Positions 25,901 through 40,035 of a DNA stretch of 64,000 bases are shown here, one piece after another. Location: the NCBI RefSeq assembly GCF_018977255.1, contig NW_024704742.1, forward strand, positions 64,296,001-64,360,000. The letters run 5' to 3'. The number at the start of each line of letters is the position of its first letter. Positions within the stretch are counted from its first letter, which is position 1. The notes under the pieces were generated by a model, which did no database searches, was not told the origin of the DNA, and saw only the letters and a list, made by a program, of their open reading frames with translations. The position numbers were made by a program, and so were the translations under genes. This stretch comes from Callorhinchus milii (Eukaryota).

Positions 25901-27384
25901 AGACAAGTAATGGTAAACACAAGGCATGTTAGGGTCAATACACAATAGGCAATAGGGTCAATGCAGGATAACATCTCGGAGCACTGCACAGTCCGCCGTT
26001 GGACGCTGAGAAAGGGAAAAGAGGGAGGTGATCATCGGCGCAGTTGAAGAGCAGATAAAAAGGGAGTGAGGCAGAGGGGTTGAGGCAGGGACTTTTCTGG
26101 AATTAGGGACATAGTGGCTAAACGCACAGCCAACAATGATGCGGTGGAAAGTCCCTTCTCTTTTGGAATATTGCAATGGTATTTTTAACATCCATCTGAA
26201 CAGGTCTCGGTCTCATCCAAAGGATGGCCCAATCCGTTTGTAGGGCAACCGCATCCACTCTACATGAGCAATGCCACACAAACTCTACTCTGGGAAGGTC
26301 AAGGTTTCAGTTTTAAACAAGCAGCCTTTTACGAACCACAAATAATTCCAACCTGACTTACAATGCATGAATTATGCAAAGAAATAAGGTTCAGAACACA
26401 ATGATTTCTGGCCTCTCTCATGTGCATCGTAGTGGTAACGTTTGTGATTTGTGCATTTCACAGGGAAAATTTTAAATGTTTCTAATATACTGGCAGTAAA
26501 TTACATTTTTTTCTGTATATTATATTTTCACGTAATATATTCATGATTAATTTCAAATATCATTCTTCTTACGTTATTAATCTGTTTCCATGCTGTACAT
26601 TCTTTGTAATTGAATCATACGGTGACTTATTCAAAAAACGGCTCTTATGTTTGGAACTTATGTAAGAAATTACACGCTACATAAATGCAAACTTCTTGCT
26701 GATTCATGTTGTCAAGACTGATGCTGTGTTGGCTTTGCTTTGAAGCTGCAGAAACAAAATTCTATTCAAACCCCTCTCCATCCACATTGTTACATTCTTG
26801 TGAACATCCAAATATGAGCTGTGAAATGACCTAGGGAAATATATGTGAGCACCAAAAATAATGAATGCTTAATTAATTGGAAATAATAATAATCCTTGCA
26901 TTTGATATAGTGCCTTATCACATCTTCGAGACGTCTCAAAGCGCTTCACAGAATATACTGTAAAGTTAATTGACTGTATATTTTGTGGACAAAACGTGGT
27001 AAGCAATTGCACACATGTATTTGCTATTTGTTTCAGAATGCCACCCTCAGAGCTTTTTCTAACACCCTGGGTTGGCCACCTTTTTGTGATTTAACTCATC
27101 ATAAGAACGCAACAGAGGTTTGGATGAAGAAAGCCCTTTAGCCAATTTGATTTCATCCTTCCAGAACACCCAGGCCATTACAGCATCAAGCTGCTTTTTA
27201 AATGAGTCTAAGCATCTTGGCTCAACCACCTTTCCTAGTAACCTGCTTAAGTCCTTATTAAAGATATGCTTCCTGCCACTTGTCCTGAAATTATCGTTTG
27301 CAACCATCAATCATGAGAATCCTCTTGTTCTGCTATCCTGGTGCAACCAAAAATATTGTTCTGCCATGGGCCATAATGCAGCAA

Positions 27385-27730
27385 TAACAACAACAACAAC
27401 GAAATTACATTTATAGAGCACCTTTCACGTCAGGAGGACATCCCAAAGCGCTGAACAGTCAGGTGTCGGGGCCCGAGCATGGGGGAGGGATGGTGTAGGG
27501 GTGAGAGAAGGCAGAGAGGGAGACCAAAGGCACGGTCGAAGAGAAGGGTCTTGAGACCGGCCTTGAAGGAGGCACAGGAGGAAGTGAGGCGAAGGGACCG
27601 TGGGATGGAGTTCCAGAGTGTGAGGGCAGAGAGGCTGAAAGCCCGGCCACCGATGGTAGGGCGGATCGTGCGGAAGACATGGAGCAGACCGGAGCCCGAT
27701 GAACGGAGGGAGCGGGCAGGTTGGTAGGGT
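27385..27730 (-). mobile_element. L2 LINE 3' end
   Basis: Similar to 1305-1660; (TTG)n tail. Confidence 0.85.
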
Positions 27731-29444
27731 TGGTAATAATAAAGCCTAATATTACAGCAAAAATGCTACTGGAATATCAAGAGTAGCTTTGTTTCTATAA
27801 TTTTAAAATAAAAATGTTAAATATTTCTTTACAGAAGTGTAAACTTCAGCTTTCCCTGTTTTCCATCCCATGTGCCCAAGAACTTCATTCCCATGTACCC
27901 TGACAGGGCACCAACTCATATGTCTCTCCTGGATGTTAACCTAGAATCAATATAGTTGCCATTGCAATCACAGGCTGTATAATCATGAAGCAGTGTTGTC
28001 CACTTTTACGCTGATCTTAACAAAAATTATTTATGATCAATCTTCATTTGAGGCACTGCGCATAAATGGATGAGGTGTTAAACTGAGCTCCTTTTGTCTG
28101 CCTGTGGATATGGACATCAAAGGTCCCATGGCACTACTTGAAAAGAGAAGGAAGTTTCTACCAAGGTCATCATGCCAACAGCCCCTCAAAATAATATTGT
28201 TCACTCACTTCATGGCTGTTTGTGGGACATGGCTGTGCACAAAATGGCCTGCTACATTCACCTACAAACTATTATTCTTTACAATATATCCTGTGAAACA
28301 CTGTGAGATGCCCTTTCAACATGAAAGGCCAATACCAATATAAGGGTTATTATTGTTTTATAAATGGACTGGTGGAAGCTTTGGAATCCAGACAATTGTC
28401 AGAATGTCTTTCTGAATCAGAGCGTAATTTATTTATGCTCTTGTCAAATTCTTTGATTATGCAGTACTCTTCCTCCTGCTCCAACTTTCAAAGAACGACC
28501 AATATGCAGCATTTCATTCAGGGCTGAAAAAAACAAGCATAGAGTGCTTCAGTGCAAAGTATATTGTGGCACACCTTGAATGGGTACTCTTAACTTTAGG
28601 AAGCATGGATATTCTTAACAAAAGAAAGCAATCAACACAAAGGCAAACATTGAAAGATTGGAAACATTGATTTCTATTTTCCTGTGCGGCAGGACTGGAA
28701 ATTTCAGCTTGTCTGAGAAAGTTGTTTGTTAGTACTAATGAGCTGACAATAAAGGCAACTCACCACTGTGCAGGTCACCTTCATAAGGGCAACTCTAACT
28801 CAACCCTCATCCCAATCCTATGCTTTCTTTTTCCGGATTTCTGAGTATTTTATAGCCTATGAGCTGCTTTTTCTTATTGAACGCTGGAGTAAACTAACAC
28901 TTCAGCTGAAAATTAACTTTTTAACTGATTAAGTGGCTAAATCCCTGTGGAGATCAATTAAAGTTCCATTTCTGACCAAGGAATGTGCAGATTTTGTTCG
29001 TCCTCAGGAGATTAACACTGAATGATAAATAGCCAACAAAAAAAAACTTCAGAACCCAATTTAAAATGTTAAAAATTTACAAAAATAAAAATAGGCTTTC
29101 TCAGATCCCCCCAAATGGCTGGGAGCTGAAAAAGAATCTTAAAAAAATATTCACTGCCATCTGGGGTCAATAGTTAATGCTGGCAAAACATAAGGAATGC
29201 AGAAAATTGCCTCCACCCTCTTATTTTGCTCTTTGCTTGGATTTCAGATTCCTATTACTTTATTTAAAAATAAACCTTACATTAGTCGATCGGCAGATCA
29301 CATCCGGGGGTAATAATCACTCCCACCCCCCAAAAAAAGTGGTCACTCAATTCACGACTGGTTGTGGAACACTGCTGTGTGCAATTGACTTTACAATATA
29401 TTCTGTGAAGCATTTTGAGATGTCTTAACAACGTGATAAGGTGC

Positions 29445-30165
29445 TCAACCATGGATAGGATCTTACAACTCAATGTTGACAAGAAGGAAGTCATTCTCAT
29501 TGGCTCCCGTTAACATCTTCTATCCTGCGGATCTGACCTCTTCAACCTCCCTGGCCTATCCCTCAGACTTACCAAACCAGTGCACAACCTAAACGTCAAG
29601 TTCGACCTACAGCTGTGGTTCCTTCCCATATCCAGTCCCTGATCAGGACCACCTTCTTGCACCTCCGCCACATTGCCCACCTCCGACCATACCTTAACCC
29701 AGACCCAGGCGAAACACTCGTACATGTGCTCGCCACCTCCTGACTGGACTTCTCAAATGCCTTCTTTGCTGTCTCTCCAGCTCCACCATGTACAAGATCG
29801 AGCTGATTCAAAACTCTGCCGCCTGTACACTCATCAGAACAGTTCTAGCCAGGTTCCACTGACTCCCCATCACTGAACGGGTCGATTTCAAGATCCTCAC
29901 ACTCGTTTTCAAATCTTTTCATGCCTTGGCACCTCCCTACCTCTTCAACCTGCTTACCCCCCAACTCACAACCTGCTCTTCATCTATCCCTCCACCTTGC
30001 CACCTCCTTTCCCATTTTCAAGTCGCACCTGAAGACCTTCCTATTCAACCATGCCTTTGGTCACCTCCCCCTCCACCCAGCTCAGAGTCGTACTCCACCA
30101 CTGTCAAGCATTCTGGGACGCTACCTTGTGTGAGGGGTGTTATATAAATGCAAGTTGCTGTTGTT
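29445..30165 (+). mobile_element. L2 LINE 3' fragment, decayed
   Basis: Similar to the other L2 copies; tail ataaatgcaagttgctgttg. Confidence 0.8.
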
Positions 30166-31061
30166 ATATCAAATGCAAGGATTATTATTATAGTGCCATC
30201 ACTTCACAAGACATACTGTAAAGTGAAGCTGACTCTGTTTTTCCAAGTGAACACGAAAGCCCTTATGTACATAACAATGTCCCACAAACAGCTATGAAGT
30301 GAAGGACTTATTATTTGAGGGGTTATTGACCAGGAGAGACACCATTATAAACTCCCTTCTTTTATCGAATAGTTACCATGGGATCTCTAACATCCACCTG
30401 AAAAGGCAGACGTGGAGTTCAGTTTAACATCTCATCCAAAGGAAGCAGTAAGAGTTTTGTTATTGATATATGTGTGTGCGAGTGCAGGTGTGAATGGTGT
30501 AAGCAACTCTATCTAATTTTATGTCATTACCAAATGGGTTGTTTCACATTCCTATTTTCAAGTTGATCATTTAACACCTGTCTGTTCAATTGGGCCACAA
30601 AACACTCAGTCACTGTACTTTACAGTATATCCTGTGAAACACTTTGGGACTTCCCTTGATGCATAAGGCATTATTCCAAATGTAAGGATTATTATGTTAT
30701 AACTGCATGTAGGTGGGCAACTTCATATTACACTGCGCCGTAAACCATTCTATGACGCTATACAAATGTAATTTGTTCTTGTCATTGCACGTAAACTGTA
30801 TTTCCATTCACCTATATTGAACTTTTAACATTTGCAATGAAAATTCTGAATATTGTTGGAACTAAAAGCCGCACTTAACTGAACAAAATGTATTACTTGG
30901 CATGTCAATATTTCCAGCTTTTACAAGGGCAGTGGCTAAATGCATCAAATGACATGGCACTGAGCCACACAGTCTGGGAAAAATCTGAAATTCAATCAAT
31001 AGTTTGTGCGGATTTGGATGATTTGGTTAGTTACAGTTTATGTGTGCAGAATGGTTTATGG

Positions 31062-31398
31062 CTGAGGTTCTCAAACTTTCTGGGCTCAAGGCCCCCCAGG
31101 TTTAGATATCAAGGCCTCAAGACACCCCTCTCCCACCCCAGACATCAGGATCCTGACCGAGACGCCCCCGACTCGGGCTTCGCCAGCTTCCTATGGAGCA
31201 GAGAAACCTCCCTCCCCACAGCCCTGACAAAAGGCTGTCCTGAAATGCCTTGCACTGGAACCATAGGAAGGAGCATTCATACCCGCTCCTCATGGACCAA
31301 CGAGGCTTCCATAGCCTTTGGACTTCTGGTGTGTCTCCCATCTACACCGCATCTGAAACAATCTTACTGCTTCCCAGGGGTCTGTTTGGGAATCCCTG
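31062..31398. mobile_element. hAT-Charlie-like MITE
   Basis: Ends ctgaggttctcaaact / tgtttgggaatccctg resemble the CAGGGGTTCYCAAAC TIR type; flanks gtttatgg / gtttataa (6/8, right side overlapped by a SINE tail). Confidence 0.6.
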
Positions 31399-34300
31399 GT
31401 TTATAATAATTATCTTTGCATTTGTTGAGACATATATCTGCTTCACAGATATATTGTAAAATGAGTTGACTGTGTATTTTTTTGAAAACGCAGCAGCCAA
31501 TTGTGCACAGTAGTGTCCACAAACAATCATGGATTGAGTGACCATTTTGGGGGGTGGGGAATGATTTGGAGGGATCCACCAGTTGATTAACTATTGGGTT
31601 CCTACTTAATGCTGGATAAGCAGAAACGTGTGGAGTAAGGTAACTTGCCTAAGGAATCAAACCCGATTATTATTATTAAATTATGGCACAATGAAGTATA
31701 AAGTAATTCAGTTATACTCAGTGTCTGGAATTTTAGCCTCCTGGAAATTGCTGGTTCTTTGTGGTTATTCACACACTGTTTGTGGGACATTGCTTAGTGA
31801 AATCTGGCTGCTGAGTTCGGCTACACAATATATAGTCACTGCACTTAATAGTGAATCTTGTGAAGCACTTTGAGACGTGTGACTATTGGCCTCATTGTCA
31901 CTGTGATAAGAGAAGGGGGCAGTTCCCTCAGATAATGCAAATATGTGAGATAATTGCACAATTTTATTTAGGGGATTGTTGGCCCAGACACAGAACAAAC
32001 ACCCATCTTTAAAGATCCATGGAATTTTTCTTGTCCGCCGGAACAAACAAGACTCGGCCTCAGGTTAATATCTCAAGTGCTTTAAGACGTTGAGAAGACG
32101 TGAAAAGTGCTATATCAAATGCAAGGATTATTATTATTATATTATCTGAAAGACGGCACCTCCAACAACGTAGCACTCTTTAAGCACTGTACTGGAGTGT
32201 CAGCCAAGGCAACGTGAGTTCAAAGTCCTGACTTGAGACTTGAACCCACAACCTTTTGACTCAGAGGTGAGTATGCTACCGACTGAGCCAGCCGAGACAA
32301 ATGTGGGCATTGGGTGATGCTCAAATAGACAGCAGCTAGCTGACACTCACTAGAAGGCTGATAATACTTGTAAAGCTACACAACACCATCACTCTTCGCT
32401 TTGGCAGAGTTACGACAAGGGGAGGAAAACAGAAAAGGAACAAAAACATTTGCATTTTCAAATGTTATCACTAATTGGGTTGAATTTGGTGTTCCTTGAA
32501 ATATATGACAAAAACAAACCCTTCCAGAAATGAACTTTATTGCAAGTGTTATGATCAATAAACGCTTGCTTGCAAAAAACAAGCTTTGACGTCAACCCAA
32601 TTTATCCTGATAAAAGAATGGAAACCAATGTTCTATGCTTATTCCTAATTGCGATTATTGGAAAGAACCGAGTTGGCTGCAAGATGAAATCCTGAATGTT
32701 TTTACTGTAAGAGGCGGGGAGGATTTTCAACAATTGCATGCAGGGAAGTGAATCAAGCACTAAGCCTGATAGACACAAAATGAAATACCATTAACCTTTG
32801 ATGATTTTGTTGGTGGCTGCTGCAGACAATCAGCCACCAAATGCTAAGTACAATAAATTATTCATCTAAGGCAGCAGTTTTACTAAAGCTGTCTTAAAAG
32901 TGCACAGTTCATTAAATCCAACTCTCGTTGAATATCAAACGTGTTTTTGCTTAAAAGTGGCGTGGCTGAGATAACATTGGAAATTTACATAAAGTCCAGT
33001 TACATAAAGTCCAGTTGTCCAATATACACAATTCAAGATCATGAACCAGGATGCTCCGGGTACTCATATTCATATCAATTATTATAACCCTTTATGGTGT
33101 AATTTTTTTACAATTGTATAATATACAGAATTAGAATAAATAGGTTCAGCATCAATATAGATAGATGCAATTAGCTGAATGACTTCCTCTTGCTGTTGAC
33201 TTCCTGTGATTCTATGAATTATAATTTCGTACTGCATGACTTAAATGTTGTGACCTTGAGATAATCTGCCAACTCATGTTGGTATGCAGCTTCAGTGAGT
33301 CTTGGCATTATCTCTCCGAAGTTCTCCTACCTCCACCCCTCTGCTCATCCCCTCGACTCAGCTAACTCAGGCTTGCTGTGGGTCCCCTGCCCTCTCCGCA
33401 CCACGATCAGTAGCTGAAGCTTCAGGTCCTACACTGCTAATCTCTGGAACTCCCTTCTTCCCTACATAGGAAAACAGGAACAGGAGGAGACATCAAACCT
33501 GTTTCACCAGTTATTAGATCTTGGCAGATAGTTTAACCCCAATACCACAACTTTGGGTGGTACCACTGATACGTCTGCTATCAAAATATCTAAGCAATTC
33601 TTTCCAACTGGAGAGGCTTAAACTTATCATGATCAACTTGCTGTGATTCCCTGAATGAAGCAACAGTTCACCTGTCACCTGCTCTAAGTCCAAGGAAGCT
33701 TTTGTTTTAGACCAACAAGTGCCAGGTTGGCCCTGGCTCTATTTTACTCCCTGCATTGTATTAGACAGGATAGTTACGGGTAAATTAGTGTATGATATAA
33801 TGCCATGTGATTGATAGTAGTACAGTAGAATGCTAAAGATAAGGAAGTGAAGCAGAGGCTCATTACAAGTCATTATTAAAAGAGATGATGCATGGTTTGC
33901 ACCAAGGCCTCAGATAAAGAGATGTCTTTACAGCACTTCTAATGGTGAAATGTCTGAAAGTGTTCATTGCCATATGTAGGAGGTGAATTAATCTGGAGGA
34001 ACATTGGCCTGGACAAACTCTTCCCTTTTCAAATAGCATTTTGGAATATTTAATGTTCACTCAAAGAGGCGCAGAGTGTGCTGACTTAATATTTCACCTG
34101 AAAGACAGCACCTTCGACAAAGCAGCTTTGCCACAGTAGGACTGGAGTGTCAGCCTACGACAATCACAATGAACCAATGACAAAGGCCCAACATAGGGCT
34201 TGAAATCACAGGCTTGTGACCCAGAGACAAACTGAGCCAAATTTGCATTGAGCACAGCTGCTGTTATAGGTTATAAGGTGTACTTACTTGGCAGGTGGTA

Positions 34301-35104
34301 CTCCCAGCACCAGGTTGACCCATTGTACTGGGGGTTTGCTGATGTTGGCAAATGCGGGCTACTCGACTGCAACATTTGTGGTGATGGGGATTGAGTCCTC
34401 CCTCTCCCCTGGTTTACAAACTAAAAACAGAGTTAATTATACCGTGTCTGTTATCACTGTTCCTAAGTGCGATGCAGGCTTGCCACCACAATCTTATTTG
34501 GGTTTAACGTTTCCCAGTCCTGTTTTGTCATCTAAATTTTGCAAAGTTTTTTGAGTTGCACATTCCAGGCATTTTGCTTGGTGTTTCCATCAGGCTTTTG
34601 TTTTATAATAATAATAATAATACTTGTCATTTGGTATAGTGTCTCTCACCCCAGAAGGACATCCCAAAGCAGTTCCCTGTGAAGTGGAGTGACTGTGTAT
34701 TTGTGGGTGAAGAGGCAGTCAATTTGTGTACAGCAATGTCCCATAAACTATCATGAAGTGAATGACCCATTTTTCTTATTATTTGGGCAATTGTTGGCCC
34801 CGACGTTGAAAGAAACTCCCTTCTCTCTATGATTAGTGCCACGGGATCTTTAAAGTCCAACTGAACAGGCCGATGGGACCTCAGTTTAACATCTCATCTA
34901 AAGGACGGCATCTCCAATAATGCAACAGCCACACATCCCCTCATCCCTCAGCACTGCATTGGAGTGTCACCTTAGACCATGTGGTTCCAAGTCTTTGGAG
35001 TGGGGCTTGAACCCACAGTCTTCTGACTCGGAAGCGAGAGCACTACCACAGAGCTAGGCCGTGAACTGCTGGGCACGGACCATGTGTGCCCCGGGTGGAG
35101 GAGC

Positions 35105-35822
35105 ATAGCGCCAGGATCCCTGGTGTCAGGTTCAATCCCCAACTTTCCTTTCAACCACACATCCATTTCCTGACCAGTCCCACNTTTTTCCACCTCCGCC
35201 ACATTGCCTGCCTCCATCCATACCTCACAACGATGCAGCGCAAACCCTTGTTCACGCCTTCGTCACTTCCCGGCCAGACTATTCCAATTCCCCCCTTGCT
35301 GGTCTCCCCAGCTCCACCATACACAAAATCTAATTAATTCAAACCTCCAACACCCGGATAACTACCCGCATGAAACCCGATATCCCATCACACCAGTCCA
35401 TGCCAGGCTCCACTGGCTCCCAATCACCCAACAGATTGACTTCAAGATCCTCTCACTTATTTTCAAATCCCTTCATTCCCTCGCACCTCCCTACCTCTCT
35501 GAACTGCTTACCCCCCACTCCACCACCTGCTGCCTCCACTTGGCAGCTTAAGCCTCCTGTTTGTCCCTCATGCCCTCCTTTCCACCATCGGTATCCGTGC
35601 TTTCAGCTACTATGTCCCAAAACTCTAGAACTCCCTCCCTCAATCCCTCTACCTTGCCCCCTCCGCTTCACTTTCAAATCCCACCTAAAGGATTTCCTTT
35701 TTGATCGTGTTTACGATCACCTCCATCTCCCCCTGGATTACTCTCAGACTCCACCACTGTGAAGCGCTCAGGAACTCCACTCCGAGTGAAGGGCAATATA
35801 TAAATGCAAGTTGTTGTTGTTG
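35105..35822 (+). mobile_element. L2 LINE 3' fragment
   Basis: ITPVHARLHWLPITQQIDFKILSLIFKSLHSLAPPYLSELL motif; (TTG)n tail. Confidence 0.88.
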
Positions 35823-36528
35823 GATATCTCTTTCAAAGAGCCAGCACAAGATTGTCGGAGGTGTCATCCTTTGAATGAGACATTAAAATGAGGGCCCAGT
35901 TGCCTGTTCAAGTGGATATTAAATCCCTTGGCACTACGCAAGAAGAGAAGGGAGTTTCTTTTCCCTGTCCTGGACAACAATCCACCAAATAAAATTGGTC
36001 ACTCGCTGATTGTGGGGTAACTGGACTGCCGTGTTTCGCCCACAAAATACACAGTCAATCCACTTTACAGTATACCCTGTGAAGCGCTTTGAGACGTTTC
36101 AACGACGTGATAAGGCGCTGTATCAAATGCAAAATTATTATTATAAAAAGGGGATTGTCCTGCCATGACCTTACCTCTGCGACCTCCTCAAACTCTACCC
36201 ACCCGTCCGCTACCTTCACTCAAGTGAGCACCAGCCTGCTTCACGTCCTGTGCCCTATCTGCCCACCATCACCAGTCTTTATCTTATCTGAATGGAGTCA
36301 TATAAATGTAAATTACAGTATTAATATTTTTGCTGAGGTTCCTGATATATCCCACATTTACACAAAAGAATTGCATGGTTTTTTTTTCTGTTGAATTCCA
36401 TTTCGTTTTTAATCACAGCACAATTTTGCCAAACTTGAGATGCTCCCAGCAATCACCAAGGGGAAATCTCTGACAACATTTATTTTCAACGCCTTATCTC
36501 AAGCCCTCTCAGCCGGAGAGTTAGAAAT

Positions 36529-36547
36529 GAGCGCCCTCTGGCGGCAA
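36529..36547 (-). promoter_or_regulatory. CTCF-binding motif
   Basis: - strand ttgCCGCCAGAGGGCGCtc closely matches the vertebrate CTCF consensus; CpGs retained in non-repeat, CpG-poor surroundings. Confidence 0.65.
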
Positions 36548-36591
36548 CAGTTACAGTCAACAGGAATATGGTAAAGTGACACAAAGGTAAG

Positions 36592-37862
36592 AATAACAAC
36601 AACAACTTGGATTTATATAGCGCCCTCCACGCCGGACTGAGTCTCAGAGCACTTTACAGTAACGGATCCTGGGACCGAGCCGAGGGAGGGGGAGGAAGGT
36701 GACCAAAGTCGCGGTTGAAAAGAAAGGTCTTCAGCAGAGACCTGAAAATGGGAAGGGATGGAACGAGACGAAGGGAGTGAGGAAGGCATGGCCGCCGAGG
36801 GTGGAGCAGAGGTCTTGGAGGACAAGGAGGAGACCAGATCCAGAGGAACGAAGGCAACAGGTACTGTGCTGAGGAGAGAGAAGGTCAGAGAGGTAGGGGG
36901 GTGCAGAGGTGTACAGGGACGTGAATACAAGGGTGAGGATCTTGAAATCGATCCTCTCTGGGATAGGCAGCCAGTGCAGTCTGGCACGGACTGGGGCAAT
37001 CGAGGAGAGGAGTTTTGTGCGGGTGAGAATGCGGGCGGCAGAGTTCTGAATGAGTTGGATTTTATGGATGGTGGTGGATGGGAGACCGGCGAGGAGGGCA
37101 TTAGAATAGTCCAGCCAAGAGGTGACAAAGGCACGGAGTAGAGTTTCAGCGGCTTTTGGGGAGAGGTATTGGCGGAGATGGGCGATGCGTCGGAGGTAGA
37201 AGAAGGCGGTGCTGGTGAGGGACCAGATGTGGGGGAGGAAGGATAATTGAGGGTTGAAACTGATGCCTAGGTTGCGTTCGGGTTCGGAGAGTTTTAGGAG
37301 GGAGGTCGGGTAGGTGGAGGAGGTGAGAGCCATGAGATTTTAGACGTTGACGAGAGCCAAAGAGCACGGCTTCCGTCTTGTCAACATTCAGCTGAAGGAA
37401 GTTTGCACTCATCCAGGCAGGCTGACAGAACATAAGGGAACTGGGGGTCGCAAAGAGAGGTGGAAAAGTAGAGTTGGGTGTCATCTGCATACATGTGGAA
37501 ATGTACCCCATGTCTGCGGATGACATCCCCAAGAGGGAGCATGTAGATCAGAAAGAGGAGGGGGCCAAGGATGGATCCTTGGTGTACCCCGCAGGTAACC
37601 GGGTGAGAGCGGGAGGAGAAGCCGTTTATGCAGATGTACTGCTGGCGGTTTGTAGGACTTGAACCAGGTGAGTGCGGTCCCACTGAGGTGGATGATGGAG
37701 GAAAGGCAGTGGAGGAGGATGGCATGGTCGACTGTGTCAAATGCAGCGGAGAGGTCCAGGAGGACAAGGAGACAGAGGGAGCCCTGGTCACAGATAGAGA
37801 GGATGTCGTTTGTGACTTTAACAAGCGCAGTCTCTGTACTGTGGGCAGGGCGGAAACCAGAC
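36592..37862 (-). mobile_element. L2 LINE RT and C-terminal region
   Basis: [41 protein letters not shown] and LHWLPIPERIDFKILTL; frameshifted. Confidence 0.93.
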
Positions 37863-38340
37863 TAACAACAACAACAATATCAAAGTTACATTTGTATAGT
37901 GCCTTTCACATCAGGAGGACATCCAAAGGTGCTGGATGGACAGAGTTTCGGACCCAAGCCGGGTTTGGGACCGGAGAGGGTGGAGAGCGGGGGGAACCAG
38001 GGAGATCGAAAGTACGGTCGAAGAGGAGGGTCTTGAGATGGGTCACGAAGGAGGCAAGGGAGGGGGTGAGGTGGAGGGACTGCGGGATGGAGTTCCAGAT
38101 AGTGGGGGCAGAGTGGCAGAAGGCCTGCCCGCCGATAGTGGGGTAAGCAAGGCGGGAGACATGAAGCAGCCCGGAGCCCGCTGAGCAGAGAGCACGAGCA
38201 GGATGGTAGGGGATTAGGAGGTCGCAGAGGTAGGGGGAGCAAGACCACGGAGGGCTTTGAAGATGAGGACCAGGATCTTGAACTTTATCCTTTATGTGAT
38301 GGGAAGCCAGTGGAGTTGGGCAAGGATGGGGGTGATAGGG
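37863..38340 (-). mobile_element. L2 LINE 3' end (separate copy)
   Basis: New (TTG)n tail at 37863; IGGQAFCHSAPTIWNSIP motif. Confidence 0.85.
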
Positions 38341-39589
38341 TAATAACAATAAAAGTAGTAATAATAATAGCAATCCTTGCATCTGATATCGTGCCTTACT
38401 TATCATGTTGCCGAAGAGTCTTAAAGCGCTTCAAAAGAATTATTGTAAATTGTAATGATTGTGTGTTCGTAGGTGAACACAGTAACCAATTGTGATCAGC
38501 AATGTCCCACAAACAGCCACTAAGTGAATGATCAATTTTATCTGGAGGATCATTGGGGCAAAATTCCCTATTCCAAAGCACTGCTGGCTGAGAACCAGAG
38601 CTGAGGGTGGGAACTGAGGGGAAAGATGACTGAAAGCACGGTCAAAGAGGTAGGGGCCAAAAACATATGTGGCAGGCAGTTTCTCTTCCAGGTTTGCAAC
38701 AGATTTGACATTATTTTGAAATCTGCTAAGAAACACCGCAATCTACACATTGAATCTGTTGCTATAATTATCACATTGATGAGAAAAAAAGCTTAGTTAC
38801 TTCTATTGTCACAGCGTGGACTAACCAGCTTCCTTCACCTGAACGCTGCACACAGAAAGCCAGCTGTTCAGCCAGTCTGCCTTTGATTCCAGTCTTACCA
38901 AAGGAGCAAGCTTATTTTAGAAACAGATCTTGTTTATTCCGACTTTAACATCAGATCCTTCCCATTTTGACTGTTGCAAATAATAAGTGTCAAAGCTTTG
39001 GGACACTACCTTGTGTGAGAGGCTCCACATAAGTGCAAGTTGTTGTTGTTGCTTGCGAGCAGGAGCATTTCTAACACTCATTCTGGCTATTCCCAGTCGG
39101 CCAAAACGTACTTATTTTTTGATGCCTGGTAAATTTCCTGAGAAAATAAAATTTGCAAGTGAAAGCAACACCCTGCAGGTCATGCAAACATGCATTACGG
39201 TGCTTTACTGACTCTCCTCCACTGAGTAAATGGGAAATCAGGGACAAGCTTCACAGTTGTGAGTGGTATATGTTTTCTTATCAGGCAAAGCATTAGGCCT
39301 ATGTTATCTTTATTACATAACTTTGCCCAGTCTAGAGTGCCCTGGTTAGAACAATGGATAAAAATTTAATGTTTCAAGAGTCTTGTCCTCACCGTCAAAT
39401 GACCCCATCCTGCCTCTGTGATCTCCACTGACCCCACTGCCACAACTGCATCCTCCACTCAGGACCACCAACTTGCTTCACATTCCCCCCCACTTGCGCC
39501 TCCCCCACCCATCCCGCTCCACCCCACCATGGGTGAGCCAACCTTTAACCATTCTGCTCCCGCTCTCTGGAACACCCTCTTGAAAACCT

Positions 39590-40035
39590 CCAAGGATGCA
39601 CTCTCCACTTCATTGAGCCAGTCTGGAACCTTAGTGTCTTGTTTGACCCTCAACTGTCCTTTCTAGCCCACATCCATGCCACAAACCGCTCTGCCTTCCC
39701 CACCTCCGCAACATTACCCAGCTCCACTACTGCCTTTCTACTCAGGCCGCCAAAACCGTCATCCATGCATTCATCACATCTAGGCTCGACTATACCAAAT
39801 CTTTGCTTTGTGGCCTTCCCAAATCTTCCCTCCACAAGCTGCAGATTTGTGTCCCCTCTCACACCAGGCTTTGTGGCTCCATCAACCCCACTCTCGCCCG
39901 GCTCCACTGGCTTCCCATTCCCAGATGATAGAGTTCAAAATCATCGTCCTCGCCTTCAAGGCCCTCCACAGCCTTGCCCCTCCTGCATCTCTGATCTGCT
40001 GACCTCATATCAACCTGTCTGCTTCCTCCACTCAT
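39590..40035 (+). mobile_element. L2 LINE fragment abutting an opposite-strand copy
   Basis: FDPQLSFLAHI and IEFKIIVLAFKALHSLAP motifs. Confidence 0.8.

Noticed and set aside
25725..25910. 61-aa ORF MALAVSIEPFYEEIKQ...
   Set aside because: No recognisable homology or convincing splice context
30888..31406. 172-aa ORF as a transposase
   Set aside because: Overlaps a short MITE; no transposase motifs seen
36731..37824. Active reverse transcriptase gene
   Set aside because: YADD is intact but the ORF is frameshifted, 5'-truncated and lacks the endonuclease; dead L2 copy
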